From assembly GCA_029531755.1 (NCBI GenBank), contig CM055976.1, positions 6,912,493 through 6,976,492 of the forward strand: a DNA stretch of 64,000 nucleotides. Reading direction: 5' to 3'. How positions within the stretch are numbered: position 1 is the first letter of the stretch; each line of letters begins with the position of its first letter. The DNA comes from Holothuria leucospilota (taxonomy: Eukaryota). Positions 1 through 12,816 of this stretch are shown in pieces. The translations under genes were made by a program, and so were the position numbers. The notes under the pieces are model-generated. The model saw nothing but the letters and a program-made list of their open reading frames with translations, made no database searches and was not told the DNA's origin.

Positions 1-200
1 TTGAAAATGATGCACCATTAGTAATTGACCAATGGCAGAGGTGACAGGAAACCAGACAGACTAGGTGCCATGTGCAGTGTCTCAATTTTATGTAAATGAG
101 GTATTCCACCAAAATGCTGCAATCTTTGCTGTAAACAACAAAATGGTGTCTTGATCTCATGATCTATACCAAAACTACTGCACTATAACATACCCTTTGG
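1..200 (+). repeat. Dispersed repeat R1 (copy 1, truncated by the window start)
   Basis: ttgaccaatggcagaggtgacaggaaaccagacagactaggtgccatgtgcag...atgctgcaatctttgctgtaaacaacaaaatggtgtcttgatctcatgatctatacc aligns with 1775-1985. Confidence 0.7.
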
Positions 201-261
201 AATTTGAAAATTTTGAAAAACAGTTTTGAAATTTTGCCTTTCTAAATATGCATATGAGTAA

Positions 262-360
262 ATAGAACATGAAATGATATGACACATATCATGTCATATT
301 TCATGTTATGAAATGATTTTGATGTATATCATGTCATATCATTTCGTAACATGAAATGAT
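262..360. repeat. Cluster of nested inverted repeats (catgaaatgatat / atatcatttcatg)
   Basis: aacatgaaatgatatgacacatatcatgtcatatttcatgtt ... atcatgtcatatcatttcgtaacatgaaatgatat. Confidence 0.7.
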
Positions 361-374
361 ATAGCAGTGTTGTA

Positions 375-590
375 ATGTGTTGTAATGACTCGAGTCATTG
401 ACTCGACGCAAGTTTTTGATGACTCAACTCGAGTCAGTTGGGTCAAAAGACTTGACTCGACACGAGTCAGAAGCTTGACAAAATGCAAAAGACTCGACTC
501 AACTCGAGTCAGTATGTGAAAAAGACTCGACTCGACTAGAGACACTATGCTTGATGACTCGACTCGAGTTTTTTCTCACAATGACTCAAG
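375..590. repeat. Interspersed palindromic GACTCGAGTC / (GACTCGA)n satellite-like tract
   Basis: Eight or more copies of gactcga(c/g)tc, each containing a CTCGAG palindrome. Confidence 0.8.
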
Positions 591-1499
591 TCAAACATAT
601 CGGCAATAATGTTGACAGCGAAAAAAAATATCCAACTTTCGCACTTGCCTATAATAATAATATAATAATATAATATGCACAATATTGCATACAGCGGTTT
701 CATGAGGACACGCGCCAGTCTTAGTCTTCTAGAATGAGTACTGGCAGACATAGCTTGCATCGCCAACATCCAGGCTTTCATTATACTGACTGTGTTTGTA
801 CATATTTGTATCTACCATTATTTTTGTTCTAATTTAAATTATAAATTGATATTCCAGTTTTTCAGAAATTGTGAATTTGTTATACAAGATCAAGGAGAAG
901 GATCAGTTCAGATAAACATGGTGACACGTTGCTGTCTGCTACTAAAGGCATAATGAGAAATGTTTCTGCACACTTTAGCAACAAAATTGGAGAAAATTGC
1001 ATGATTCTGAAGAGCTCAAATGATCACCGTACCTCAGAATTTAATCAGTAATTGGACATAATGGCTTCTGGAACCCATAATATCTGAAGTGGCCAGTTGA
1101 CGAGGTGCCTTACTAGACAAATTTCAGATATTTTTTCAAATTTAATGTTCAGAATTGTGTTATTGAAGGTAAATTAGAATCAGTTCTATTTGAAGCTGCA
1201 TCTGTCTAGGGTTTCCTACATGAATACTTTTAGTTTGAAACCTGGTGTTGTGGCATCAACTCGAGCTTCTGATAGATTCCTGGATGCAAACATAGAAACC
1301 ATATGTGATGCTTAAAAAAAGGAAAGATAAAACTAGATGACTAATTTAATTGAAATGGAGAGTGAAAGTGAGCTGTACAAAGGGAAAGAGTAAACAAATC
1401 TGTAATGGTAGAATTCATTATAACTTGATACTTGTTGACATATAGATGAAAGGAGGAGGCACAATTGTCGCCTCCAACATGTATAGCAGTTGTGTAATT

Positions 1500-1645
1500 G
1501 GACAGAGTGGACAGAGTGACTTGACTCGACTGAACTCAAGTTCAGTTGATGACTTGACTTGACTCGACTCGAGACTCGACTTGACTCGACTCGACTCGAG
1601 ACTCGACTCGACTCAACTCGAGACTCGAACTTCAGTGACTTGAGT
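1500..1645. repeat. (GACTCGA)n heptamer microsatellite
   Basis: gacttgactcgactcgagactcgacttgactcgactcgactcgagactcgactcgactcaactcgagactcgaac. Confidence 0.9.
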
Positions 1646-1774
1646 ACAACACAGCTGAATGGAGAAAACACTAAAGTGCAATTCTAGCAGCTTGGGTGCA
1701 ACATGGGTGTGTCAGGTGGGGCCTGCAGCCTCAGACTTTTTACAGGAAGTAGCTAACATGGGATAGGTTTGTGA

Positions 1775-1985
1775 TTGGCCAGAAAGTGATGTACCATAAA
1801 AAATTGACCAGTGACAGAGGGGACGGGAAACCAGACAGACTATAGGTACCGTGTGCATGCATGTACGTATTGCACCATAATGCTGCAACCTTAGCTGTAA
1901 ACAACAAAATGGCATCCTTCTTGATCTATACTGAAAACTAATGTACTACATACTGCATGGTTTACACCCTACAAAATGAATACCT
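1775..1985 (+). repeat. Dispersed repeat R1 (copy 2, in the same orientation)
   Basis: gtgatgtaccataaaaaattgaccagtgacagaggggacgggaaaccagacagactataggtacc...atgctgcaaccttagctgtaaacaacaaaatggcatccttcttgatctatactg. Confidence 0.7.
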
Positions 1986-2329
1986 AAGTGTAGAATTCCA
2001 GCATGCCAAATGTTGAGTAATTATTTACATATATTCTAGAAATTACCCAATAGAGAACAATTTACTGTAATATTGGGCTTGTTTGGCCAAAATTTTTACA
2101 TCTCATTGTCTAACCTGTGTTGATAGATATTTGCGTGAAGAGAGTCTAGCTTTATATAAGAAGCTTGATGAATACTATGAAAGCATTCTTCTCTATGCCA
2201 GCTCAATGTAAATAGTTTTGCCTTTGTGTTCACATCTGGTCCTGAGTTTTGTTTGGTACAGTACTTTCTGTTCTGTTCGTGTTAGTCTGTTTCCATGCAC
2301 GAAAAAAGCACTTAAAAATGTTTGAAGTA

Positions 2330-3640
2330 CAACACCTTTTGGTTTCTTGCTTTAGCAAAGGAACCTTTGTAGTCAGGTTGGCGTGTTTGTGTGTGTGTGT
2401 GTCTGTGACGCTTGCTTTGGTACACTGTAACTCAACATGGGAAAGATAGACTAAACTTAAACTTGGTATATGGATGCGTCGTAGTGAGAAGGTGTGCCGT
2501 ATTGTTTTGGGTGGAGGTCATCTGAGGTCACAAGGGGTAAAAAACTGAAAACCTTGTTAACGCGATATCTCAAGTTAGGAAGTTTGGATAGTTTTCTTAC
2601 TTAGTATGTGGATGCGTTGTGGTGAGGGGATAAAAGCTATTGCTTCTGGTGGAGGTCAAAGATCATCTGGGGTCACCGGGGGTCAAACACTGAAAAATTG
2701 TTGTTAACACAGTATCTCAAGGTAGGAAGCTTGGATAGATTTCATACTTAGTATTTGGATGCGTTGTGGTGAGGTGATAAAAGCTATTGCTTTTGGTGGA
2801 GGTCAAAGGTCATCTGGGGTCACCAGGGGTCACACTGAAAACTTGTTGTTAAGACAGTATCTCAAGGTAGGAAGCTTAGATAGATTTCATACTTAGTATG
2901 TGGATGCATTGTGGTGAGGAGATAAAAGCTGTTGCTTTTGGTGGAGGTCAAAGGTCATCTGGGGTCACCAGGGGTCAAACACTGAAAAGTTGTTGTTAAC
3001 ACAGTATCTCAAGGTAGGAAGCTTGGATAGATTTCATACTTGGCATGTGGATGAGTTACGGTGAGAAGATGAATCTTGTCATTTTTGGTGGAGGTCAAAG
3101 GTCATTTGGGGTCACTGAGAGTCAAATACTGAAAACCTTGTTAACACAATATCTCAAGGAAAGAATCTTGGATAGATTTCATACTTGGTATATAGATCCA
3201 CCATAGTGAGAAGCTGTGCCATACAGTTTTTGGTGGAGGTCAAAGGTCATCTGGGGTCACCAAGGGTCAAAAACTGATAACCTGGTTGTTAGCACAGTAT
3301 CTCAATGTAGGAAGCTTGGATAAATTTCATACTTAGTGTGTGGATGCCTTATGGTGGAGAAAATATTTTTTGGTGGAGACCAAAGGTCATCTGGGGTCAC
3401 TGGAGGTCAAACTCTGCAAACGTTTTCAACTCTATATCTCAGTGTAGGAAGCTTGAATAGATCTGCTTTGAGGTGTTGCATTAAATTCAGCAGAAAACCC
3501 ATATGAGTTTTGTCGGATGTCAGAGGTGAAATCACCAGATGCCAAAATGCAAATTCCCAAGAATTTCTAAAGTCAAATATAAGCACAAAACTGTATCATT
3601 CCAACACATTAAGATCACATTCACCCAATGACTGAAAGAT
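2330..3640 (+). repeat. Composite satellite element copy with a GT-rich head, about 7 monomers of the ~147-bp GGTCA satellite (2440-3470), and tail type 2 (3470-3640)
   Basis: Monomer ...ttttggtggaggtcaaaggtcatctggggtcaccaggggtcaaacactgaaaa..ttgttaacacagtatctcaaggtaggaagcttggatagatttcatacttagtatgtggatgcgttgtggtgagg... with a period of about 147 bp (2651 to 2798). Confidence 0.85.
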
Positions 3641-6461
3641 GTGGGACATCTTTCAGAGATGCCAAGTATCTCAATTTTAGTTAAAATTATAGTATTACAA
3701 TTTTAATCCATAATTTTGCCATTATGAAAACCTGCATCAAATACCGCTTTTTAATATTGCAGAAGATTCTCTGCCCACAAAGTAGAGAACTGTCATGAAA
3801 GTTCACTAGACAGACAACATTTGTCCTTTATAAGGACATGTGAGCTTGCAGGAATTGGAAATTGAAATTGATTAATTAAATGCTACTATGGGGTTGTTAG
3901 TTTTATAAAGAGAACTATAAAGTTACTGATCATTTGGATCAGATACCATTGAGCATGCATGAATTGTGATTGCTTCATTGAATAAAACAAATTGTAACTG
4001 TATACTGTCTGAGTTGATATCCCTTGAAGTGTCTGCGTATTTCTTCAGAGCAATTTATTTATGCTTGAATGTGTTAACACAAGATGTGCATTGTCTACAG
4101 AGCAGATTTTGTGCATAGATGAAATACAGGGTAGTCAAAAGTAGCCGGTCACCGGCGGTAAATCGCCGCCTACAGCCTCATTTGCCGCCGCCTACTCTTC
4201 ACTCGATGTCAAAAAAATTTAGTTGCAACCTTCCACTTTTTCTTTTTTTTTCAAATACAATCTGCACATGAATTGATCACATACTTTACTATATCATCGG
4301 TTCTAAAATTGCCAACCCCCAAAAGGGACATCAGTTACAATCCCGTAAAAGAATTGATGATCGGAGATCGCGCACGTGTAAAAGAACTTCCCGCACCGTC
4401 ACTGCCGAAATGCGGGCTGCAGAATAGCATGCACGCATATGCAACTTTGATACTTCAAAGAGTTGGCCTACTGTACACATTACACCGAGCAGCTGCCTTC
4501 AACATGCAGACTACATATATGCGTATTTGTACGTACTGCAGTGCTAATGTCGCACTGAGAGATATTTAATCCCCGCGAAAGGTACATTGACTACATTCTA
4601 ATGTTAAATCAGTTCATTTCGTTCATTCTGCATGCTCACATTGTCATTACAATAAAGATCGGCCACGCAGGCAATCCTTGATTATCACATACACAGTATG
4701 CCGGGCTCGTTAAGAGACGAACTTTCAATTAAAATTTTAACTGTTCGTATCATTTTGAAATAGTTTGCAAAGATGATTTAAACCATCGTTACTCCTTCAG
4801 CCATAGTTAATAGCATGTGTGATCATGTACACGGATTTTTTGACTCCCCAAATGAGGATATTTCAGTCCCAAAATTAACGGTTCGATCGCACATTTGAAC
4901 TACTGCTCTCTGCATATATTTAGTACACAGCATCACTCATTCCAAGAGCAAGACCGTTCGTTGGAACTATCGAAAAGAAAAAGCCCTAAGTGGTCAAGAA
5001 CGGCAAAAGGATTCATATCACATGTATAAAAGACTCTCAAATAACAATCAGTAACATATTCGCACGATTTACTTCGAGAGGTTTTCCTTGCGGGGCATTT
5101 TTCCACAGAGTAGCACTGCACTTTTGCCATTGCCTAACGTGTTATATGCAGGTATGGGCCTACTTTACGAACTTTACCTATAGCTTTATTTCTGAAGTAG
5201 TGATTTTCATGAATTCATACAGGTGCACAGGAGAACAGTGCCCACTGTTTCTGATGTTTTTGTTTTTCACGTGTTACTTAGTGTTTTATTTGTTCTCTTA
5301 TGTATTGTTAAGCAGAGTTTGCTTGTCAGAAGTTGATACAATTAAAGTAAACACTTAGGAGCTTTTTTACATTAGCCTCAATCATAGATGTGTACATAGT
5401 TAGGGGAAAAGGGGCAAATTCAACCTATTATTTTCAGCATATCAATGCCTTCAAACAGGCGTTCACACTAGCACAATGTAGGTTTAGTATGGAATGTATG
5501 TTTCTGGTTTATTGAAGTGGGTGGGATATCATAGGAAGGTACAGAATAAATTTTTCTCCCTAAGACCTTTCAGAATACACAATTAATGCCTTGTATTGGG
5601 TTTTAAGCCACAGGGGTTGGGTACTAGTAGCCTAGCTACCTGGACCTAGCATTGGCTGTGATATTTATGTTCAATAGAAGGGGAGGGGATCCAATAGGAA
5701 TGCACAGAATCGGTAAATTTCTGTACCAAAATTCTGAAATGCAGGCGCCTGAGAAAAATGCCTGGAAGTGGGTTAATTTACATTCATTGGTACCTTTTGT
5801 TAAGGGGATGTATCCTGCCCTACCCATGCATCACGGTCAGGGACTACTTGTTCTTTTACTGTATCACTGTGGAGAGTTGTTCATAGAAAATCGACTAAAC
5901 AGGGAATTTTAAACCCAGCTAGGGGAGGAGTAACTAAACTAAAAGATGGAGGAGAACAGCATTTTTTTAGCTGGAAGTGTATGTCGACAACACCAGCAAT
6001 AATATTTAAAATATTCCTCTAGAAACAGTCTTTTAGGGGCTTATGAAACACTAAAACCTAGGAGCTTCCGGGGGCTTTGCCCCCTGGGCCCCCACCAGAG
6101 TGTTTCCCCTGGGCCCCACTAGGGGCTTTAAGACAGGCCCTGGACCCCACCCGTATGGGCTTCCCGCTTCGCGCTCACCGGGCACGCTACACGTGCACAA
6201 GGTAGTGCTTCCAGGTACGCTGCCTACTTGAGCCTGTGTAGCCTGCTACTCAGAAAAACTTTGACTACCCTGGAAATACTGGTTCATTCAGTAGTTGGCT
6301 CAGTTTCATTACATTCAGCAAGGAACCACAGTGCCCATTGGGCTCATGTTATGTTGTTAAACTAGCAGCACACTTTTGTATTGTAGTACTTGCAACGTCT
6401 TTTAAATGTAGTTGTGCTTTTGATACATGTATTAAATGCTGTAATATGTTTTGTTCCTCAG

Positions 6462-6620
6462 AGTTCGGAAAGAAGATCCGCAAATGTAGTGGAGCGACGT
6501 ACACGTAGTCGACAACCCTTGATGACATCAAGAATGGTGAGAAGAGGAAGAAAAGCAGCGATATCGTTAACAGCTACTCCAGACAAAGAACTAATTGAGA
6601 TTGGATCAAGGTTTACTTTG
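6462..6620 (+). CDS. Exon-like block (159 nt, phase 0-0), basic, SSERRSANVVERRTRSRQPLMTSRMVRRGRKAAISLTATPDKELIEIGSRFTL. It may or may not belong to the same gene
   Basis: Acceptor tttgttcctcag|AGTTCG and donor ACTTTG|gtaagagc. Confidence 0.3.
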
Positions 6621-6879
6621 GTAAGAGCATATCATGCACCCGTAAAGATAATTTCTGTAAATAATTGACATTTTTGATAAGAAATCTGTCCAACACAAGT
6701 CATTTATACAATTTACTCTACAGCTCAAAATAAAGTGGACGTTAGTTGCGTTAATCGTTAGAAATTTTGCATTAGAAAAAACCTTCCTACCAATACAAGT
6801 CTAACGTTAGTAACGATCACGATAGTTGCGTTACTATCGTTAGAGGGGCAGCTCTACTGCTAGTAACGCTAGAATCGTT

Positions 6880-7880
6880 AAGGTCAGAACATTGTAAACA
6901 CAAAATCTTAAGAAGGATAACTGTGAGGGATCTCATACTAAGCACGTGAATGGCCCATATTCATGATCGCTACTATTTTTGGTGGATGTCAAATCTCATT
7001 TAGGGTCACAAGAGGTCAAATGGTCAAAAACGTTGTAAATGAGATTTCTCAAAAAGGGTAGCTGTGAGGGATTGCATATGTGGCATGTGGATGGCCAGCT
7101 ATTCAGTAGATGAACACTATTGTTTATGGTGGAGGTCAAAGGCCATTTTGGGTCAACAGAGGTCAAAAGGTCAAAATCCTGTACATATGATATCTCAAGC
7201 AGGGTAGCTGTGAGGGATCTCATATTCCACATGTGGATGGCCCATATTCAGTAGATGATCCCATGTACTTTTTGTGGGCATTTAGGGTCATGAAAGGTCA
7301 AAAGGTCATGATATCTCAAGAAGGGTAACTGTGAGGGATCATATACTTGGCATGTGGATGGCCCATATTCAGTAGATGATCCCTTCTATTTTTGGTAGAT
7401 GTCAAATCTCATTAAGGGTCCTAAGAGGTCAAGTGGTCAAAACCTTTGAAATGAGATTTCTCAAAAAGGGTAATTGGGAGGGATGGCATATGTAACAAGG
7501 AGATGGCCCATATTCAGTCTATGATCTCTTTTATTTTTGGTGGAGGTCAAAGGTCATTTGGAGTCAACAGACGCCAGAAGTACAATTTTTCGGAAAATAC
7601 TGGTAAACGTGGTATCTAAAGCTAGGTAAACAATGGGTATTTCACACTTGACATGTGGATGTTTGATATTGAGAAGATAATCCCTATCGTTTATGGTAGA
7701 AGTCAAAGGTCATGAGTGGTCAAAAGACTAGAACCTTGTGAATGTGATACCTCAAGAAGGATTAATGTAAGAGATCTACTTAAGATGTGGGTGACCCATA
7801 TTTAGTTGATGGCTCTCTTAGTTTGGTGAATGTAAAAAGTCATTTGAAGTGAGTCATCAATGGTCGAAATATGGAAACAT
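6880..7880 (+). repeat. Satellite array, variant B monomers (gggtaactgtgagggatctcatact..gcatgtggatggcccatattcagtagatgatc...ggtggaggtcaaaggtcatttggggtca..agaggtcaaaaggtcaaaa), about 6.5 units
   Basis: Direct reading. It is preceded at about 6808-6835 by a palindrome (acgatagt tgcgtt actatcgt). Degenerate units continue at 8330-8700 and a tail type-1 motif lies at 8925-8960. Confidence 0.75.
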
Positions 7881-9884
7881 GATATTTCAAGAAGGAAAAC
7901 TTGTTTCAATGTCATATGTGGCAGTTAAGTGTGCTCCACATTCATGAGAGAGTCGAAGCACAAGCACAAGTTGAATCATCATTTCACACACGATTGCACT
8001 TGATAGTAATGACTTACGACATCTGCAGGTACAGAAGAATAGAAACAGGCTGTTCTCTTTCACACCCAGACTCCCTTAGAATCTACTTAGTGAATGACCT
8101 ATGACGTAATTCTTTGTTGTCGTGTTGTGTGAGTGTGTACATGCAGTACTGTGACCTTTTTATTGTAGACTGCAGGGAGGAGGTTATAAGCAAACAGCCC
8201 ATTTCCTGTGTGAATGTGTGAGGTTGCTTTTGTATCCTGCAGTCAGTTTTGTTTACTTTAGTCCTAGAATGTAACGCTGTCCGAGAATGTAATGTTCAAG
8301 TCTCGATGTGGTCTCGTCTTGGCATGTTAAGTAGATGATCTTTGTAAGTTTAAGTGATGGCCAAATATCATTTGAGGTGACTAGAGGTCACACTGTGAGA
8401 ACATTGTTAACGAGATAACTTCATGGAAGAAAAACTAAAACACTGAATTTCACAGCTGGTGGTTGGGTGCCTTACATTGATTGCATTTAACCACTAGTGT
8501 CTTTGGTGTAATTAAAAGCTCATTTGAGTTCTGCGGTGGTCAAACTGTGAAAACGTGGTATACTGAGATCTCATAAAGGAATGTATTAGTCTCATACTTT
8601 GCATATGGGTCCCAATATGGAGTGACATCTGTATCATTTATGGTGATGGCCCTTTGTTAGTTGAGGTTACCAGACTTTGTGAAAAGATCCTAAACATGGT
8701 TTGTTATGTTTGTATATGAAACATGTTTGGATCTTTTGTCTGGCATGTAATGGCCAAAATGTATGACCATGTTAACATGAATCAATCTGTTTGGTCTTTA
8801 CCCATGGAAATTTAATGTTTGGTACCTAAATTTATAAAGCACAGTAATTTACAATGAAACTGTGTCAACTTGAAACCACAGTCGTACTACCAATGTATCT
8901 GCATGGTAAGGAATCACTCTATAAGGAATCACTAAGCCTTTTGTCTTTCTGGTTTGCAAGATTGGAAGAAGGAGCACTCATTAAAGTCACTGGCATGGCT
9001 GTCTTATGTTAAAATATTGAAACTGCTGAAGGTATCATGGGAGAATAAAGATCTCCTCCCAACAATGTGGGGCCCTTGAGCCCATCTTAGGGCCACTGGT
9101 AGAGGGGCACTGGTGGAGTCCAGAGGCAATGCCCTGTTGGGGATCCGGGGGAGGGGGAACCCCCAGAAGTCCTGGGGTATTTAGGAAATTGCAAGCATTA
9201 GAATGTTGCTTTAAAGCTTCTTCATATAACATTTGATGGGTACTTAACAGACAATAAAAGTCACAATTTAATAATTTCCAGTTATAGCCGTACTCTGATT
9301 AATAGCTTTCTTGTGTTACATCTAAACAATCCCAATTTTAAAATCTCCAAAATTCACACAGATTGATGTGATAAAAATTAAGTTGCAAATCTCTGAGGAA
9401 AAGCGCCCCCCCCCCCCCCATTGCATGCTTCCATGGCATTAGAATAAAGAGTGCTTTCTAATAAAAGGTCCCTACTAGAGAAATTTGTTTCAACAGAAAT
9501 TAGACATAATGTAAAACTGGTACTGTGCAAGAATAATTTCAATTTTTTGCATGTAATTTTACCAAACAAAAATGTCACAAGTTTTTCTTAAGTATAGTTG
9601 TTATTGGTTGAGAATAGCAGATACTTGTCCCAGTGAAGGAAGGGGAAGGGGGTTAGGTAAGATGGTAACTACTGTATCATGACTTGTTTAGATGGTAGGT
9701 CGTAGATGACTGAATGCATGTGTGTACAAGGCAGCATCTTGCCTGGTGCAACTTTGAATGATCAGCAAACATCATCTAAAGATGGATATTACCAACCAAC
9801 AAGAAAAAGCAAATATCAATATCACTGAAATTATATGGAGAATACAAACACCATAATAGAATACCAAACACCTAAAATATCAAT

Positions 9885-10120
9885 AATCTACATCGCCCCT
9901 CTCTTACCTCCTATTTACCTATGTAATCCCCACTTACCCGCAACTAAACCCTGGTAAACTAATAGCACAGTAGTCAGGGAGGGCGCCCTCCGAGAGGAGG
10001 CCGACCTCCCAAGTCCTCTTCCCACTTACCACCAGATGGTTTGAACGCAACTTTGGCCTTGGTTTTTTCTCCTGCCGATTCCGACTACTGGATTTCCGCG
10101 GGGGACGGATTTTTCCGACT
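9885..10120 (+). repeat. DIRS left inverted terminal repeat (outer ~130 bp strongly matched, similarity decays inward)
   Basis: acatcgcccctctcttacctcctatttacctatgtaatcc...gccgacctcccaagtcctcttcc pairs as the reverse complement with 16890-17030. Confidence 0.6.
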
Positions 10121-10773
10121 TCGACTAATAGCTGGCCCTTTCTGACGCCCTTTCTGAAGATTTTGATGAGTATCCTTTTCTTTGGGCATTTTTTTGGGTC
10201 CCGTAGTTTTCCCGCCCTTTTTTTTTTTTGGTTTGACCCTCTCGGTTTCCCTTAGTCTCGTCTATGGGTACCGGTTCCGCGAATTTGTATTGAGTCATTT
10301 TGTATCTCTTTCAGCTGGATCTGTATACTGGGTCATATTGTATCTCTTTCAGCTGGGCCTGTTTAGCTTGACGTCCGATCTGTGTGATCGTTTTCCCAGT
10401 CCTTTTGGACTCCCTCCCCCCCCCCCACCCCTTTCGGGTGTCCCTAGTTTTTGTGGTTTTACGGGGATTTCTGAGGCCATGTTTTCTCATGTGCATTATT
10501 TGTGATTGTCACATTTTACGTTTTACATTTTCCACACGGAGCATTTTCCAGTTTACGATTACTCTTTCATTCTACATGGAGCATTCATGCACTTAATCAT
10601 ACAACCCTTCGGGGTTAGCTATTGTAATCGTTTTGGTCGTCTCACGGTCTGCTGACCGCAGCTCTCGAGCTTTGGAATTTCTCTCAGGACGACCCTTAAG
10701 CCGTTTGCTTTATTGATTCCAGCTTCGGCTGGCGATGTATTGTTGTATTCTTCCTTGACCGTTCTTTCAGATC

Positions 10774-12816
10774 ATGCAGTCCAATTCATCTAGATGTAGA
10801 TCCTGTAAAGGTGGCATCGCTAAGTGGGATCGTCACGGTCTATGCATTGACTGTCGGTCATGCTCTGAACAATCCTCCTGCAGTGTTTGCAGAGCTTGGA
10901 AGGAGGAATGGAATAAGTTGGCAAAGTTTAAATCCGATCGTGACAAAAGGCTAGCCAAGAAGAAGGCGAAGGACAAGGATAAGGATGAGGAGGGCACAAC
11001 GTCTTCAAATGCAAGACAAGCCCGAGCGGCCACCGTGTTTACGGACGTTAACGGTCGGCTCTCCTCAGATCAATCAAGGGTTAAGTCCCTAGCTAGCTCA
11101 GCTAGCTCTTCTGAACATCGTTGTCAAACGATGACTTCCAACTTGCCAACTCACCAACCTGATCCCACTCCATCGACTTCACAGCCTTCACGCTCCACTG
11201 AATCTTTTCAACAAGGTACGTCCACTCTCACGGCTGCTCAGGTGAACCGTCAGGAGTCATCTATTTCATTGGAGGTCATTGACCCCGAGGCTCGTCAAAG
11301 TCAAGTTGGTCAAGTGTCTAACCAACCAGCGGAGGCTATTTGTGATTTGCTTCTAGTTTCTGATGCTAGCTCTGTTTCCCAGAGAGATTTCGAAGGATTC
11401 TCTGATCAAGCCTCTCACTCTAGACATAGTAGGTCTAGATCTAGACCAAGAAGACACAAAAGGAGACATCGTCGTCGTCATTCCTCCTCCTCCTCTGGTT
11501 CCGTCTCTTCTCCTTCACCAAAACGAAAGAGAGATCACTCCAAATCAAGTACTTTGGACATTATTTTGAACTTATTATCTGGTTTAGTCCAAAAGTCTTC
11601 TCCTCAATTGGAACCAAGCTCTCAAGCTTCAACCTCATCTCAGCCGAGTACCTCCTTTCACGATCAGTCGGCTCCTTATTCTCCGGCGGACTCCTCTGAT
11701 CCTGGTTCCAATGTTGATCCAGTTATGGAAGATAGGAAGGGTATAGACATTCTCTCTGTGGTTAACCAACCTCCCTCGGACGAAGAGTTGTCAGCCTCCG
11801 GTTCGGATGAGGAACCGTTATACGGTACCGATATTCCTCAGGACGTTTTCGCCAGGGCAGTTTCTATTGTCAGGAATCATTTGGGTTATGAGGAACCAGC
11901 CTCGAAAGATCCTCCTTCTAAATCAAAACTGTCACTCAACAAGCCTGCCCAGAGCTCTAAAGCCGCTATGCCCGTAGATGCTGAGTGTGAGGATCGTTAC
12001 AGAGCTTCAGCAGCTTCAGCCACATCTTACAAGTGGACAGCCTTTTCAAAGGCTCAGAATTTGTCCTTCAGAGTAGAAGAAAAAGATTGGCTCACTCTTT
12101 TCAAAACTGCTGTTCCTCAGGCCGCTAGAGATTATTTACGCTCCGTTGGTTCAGTCGACTCTTCTGGAAACTTTAAGTCTCAATCAGACAAACGAAGCCT
12201 GAAGTCACTGAAATCTTTGGACGCAGCTGCCCGTGTCGGCTTAAAGTTTTCTTCGTCCCTACTACTCATTGCCGAGATTCTTTCTAAATCCGTGAGACGG
12301 CCTTCACAAGTTGCTAAGAAGGATGTTGCTACTCTTGTCAGCTTATTGGGTCCGATTTCTCGTAGAGTGTATGACCAGTTTGCTAGAGTTTCTACGAAGG
12401 CAGTGATAGATCAGAGGGATGTCATCATTAATGCCCTACGTCTACCGGAAAGGGATGTCAGAAGACGCTTTAGGCAACTTCCCGTCTCGGGCGAGGACAT
12501 TTTCGGTGGTCAGTTTGATTCACAACTGCAGGCGGAAGTCAAACGTAAGAAGAACCTAATGAAGGCGGATCTGGGAAATCTTAACACCAATCACCCCCGT
12601 TCTTCACGTTTTTCGAGGCCAGGTCCTTCGAACCAGTTAAGACGTCTTCAGAATCAGCCTTCCACTTCGACTTCCAGAAGACTCCTTCATCCAACTGGAA
12701 GCGGCTCGACTCAGACTAGACGTGCCTTGCCTCAACGTTCCTTTACCCGTCCAGCTCCTAGAGGGAATTTCCGTAACTCTCGTTCCAGCAGGGGTCGCGG
12801 CTTCTCCAAGCCCTAA
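10774..12816 (+). CDS. DIRS ORF1, a gag-like protein with an N-terminal Cys-rich knuckle (CRSCKGG..HGLCIDCRSC..CSVCRAW) and an Arg/Ser-rich basic tract
   Basis: A 680-aa stop-free ORF that is the first ORF inside the element. It overlaps the start of the pol frame at 12722-12816, which is typical of retroelement gag-pol organisation. Confidence 0.55.
   Translation: MQSNSSRCRSCKGGIAKWDRHGLCIDCRSCSEQSSCSVCRAWKEEWNKLAKFKSDRDKRLAKKKAKDKDKDEEGTTSSNARQARAATVFTDVNGRLSSDQSRVKSLASSASSSEHRCQTMTSNLPTHQPDPTPSTSQPSRSTESFQQGTSTLTAAQVNRQESSISLEVIDPEARQSQVGQVSNQPAEAICDLLLVSDASSVSQRDFEGFSDQASHSRHSRSRSRPRRHKRRHRRRHSSSSSGSVSSPSPKRKRDHSKSSTLDIILNLLSGLVQKSSPQLEPSSQASTSSQPSTSFHDQSAPYSPADSSDPGSNVDPVMEDRKGIDILSVVNQPPSDEELSASGSDEEPLYGTDIPQDVFARAVSIVRNHLGYEEPASKDPPSKSKLSLNKPAQSSKAAMPVDAECEDRYRASAASATSYKWTAFSKAQNLSFRVEEKDWLTLFKTAVPQAARDYLRSVGSVDSSGNFKSQSDKRSLKSLKSLDAAARVGLKFSSSLLLIAEILSKSVRRPSQVAKKDVATLVSLLGPISRRVYDQFARVSTKAVIDQRDVIINALRLPERDVRRRFRQLPVSGEDIFGGQFDSQLQAEVKRKKNLMKADLGNLNTNHPRSSRFSRPGPSNQLRRLQNQPSTSTSRRLLHPTGSGSTQTRRALPQRSFTRPAPRGNFRNSRSSRGRGFSKP

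Noticed and set aside
1333-1671. 112-aa minus-strand ORF with an ESSRVESSRVSS repeat
   Set aside because: It is a translation of the (GACTCGA)n heptamer satellite, open only because the repeat lacks stops in that frame.
2440-3470. A regularly spaced direct-repeat array resembling a CRISPR locus
   Set aside because: The sequence is eukaryotic and the repeats are ~147-bp monomers in direct contact with no unique spacers. The same monomer recurs in more than 12 arrays, and no cas-like ORFs are present. It is a satellite.
4273-4569. 98-aa plus-strand ORF in unique sequence, with a GC-rich segment at 4140-4200
   Set aside because: It has no splice signals or conserved motifs, and the composition is unremarkable. 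It is treated as a chance ORF.
10182-10596. Short ORFs (107 aa, 70 aa and 61 aa) in the DIRS 5' region
   Set aside because: They lie within the ITR/5' UTR, upstream of the gag-like ORF. They are homopolymer-rich (poly-C, poly-T, poly-G runs), show no conserved motifs, and overlap on both strands.
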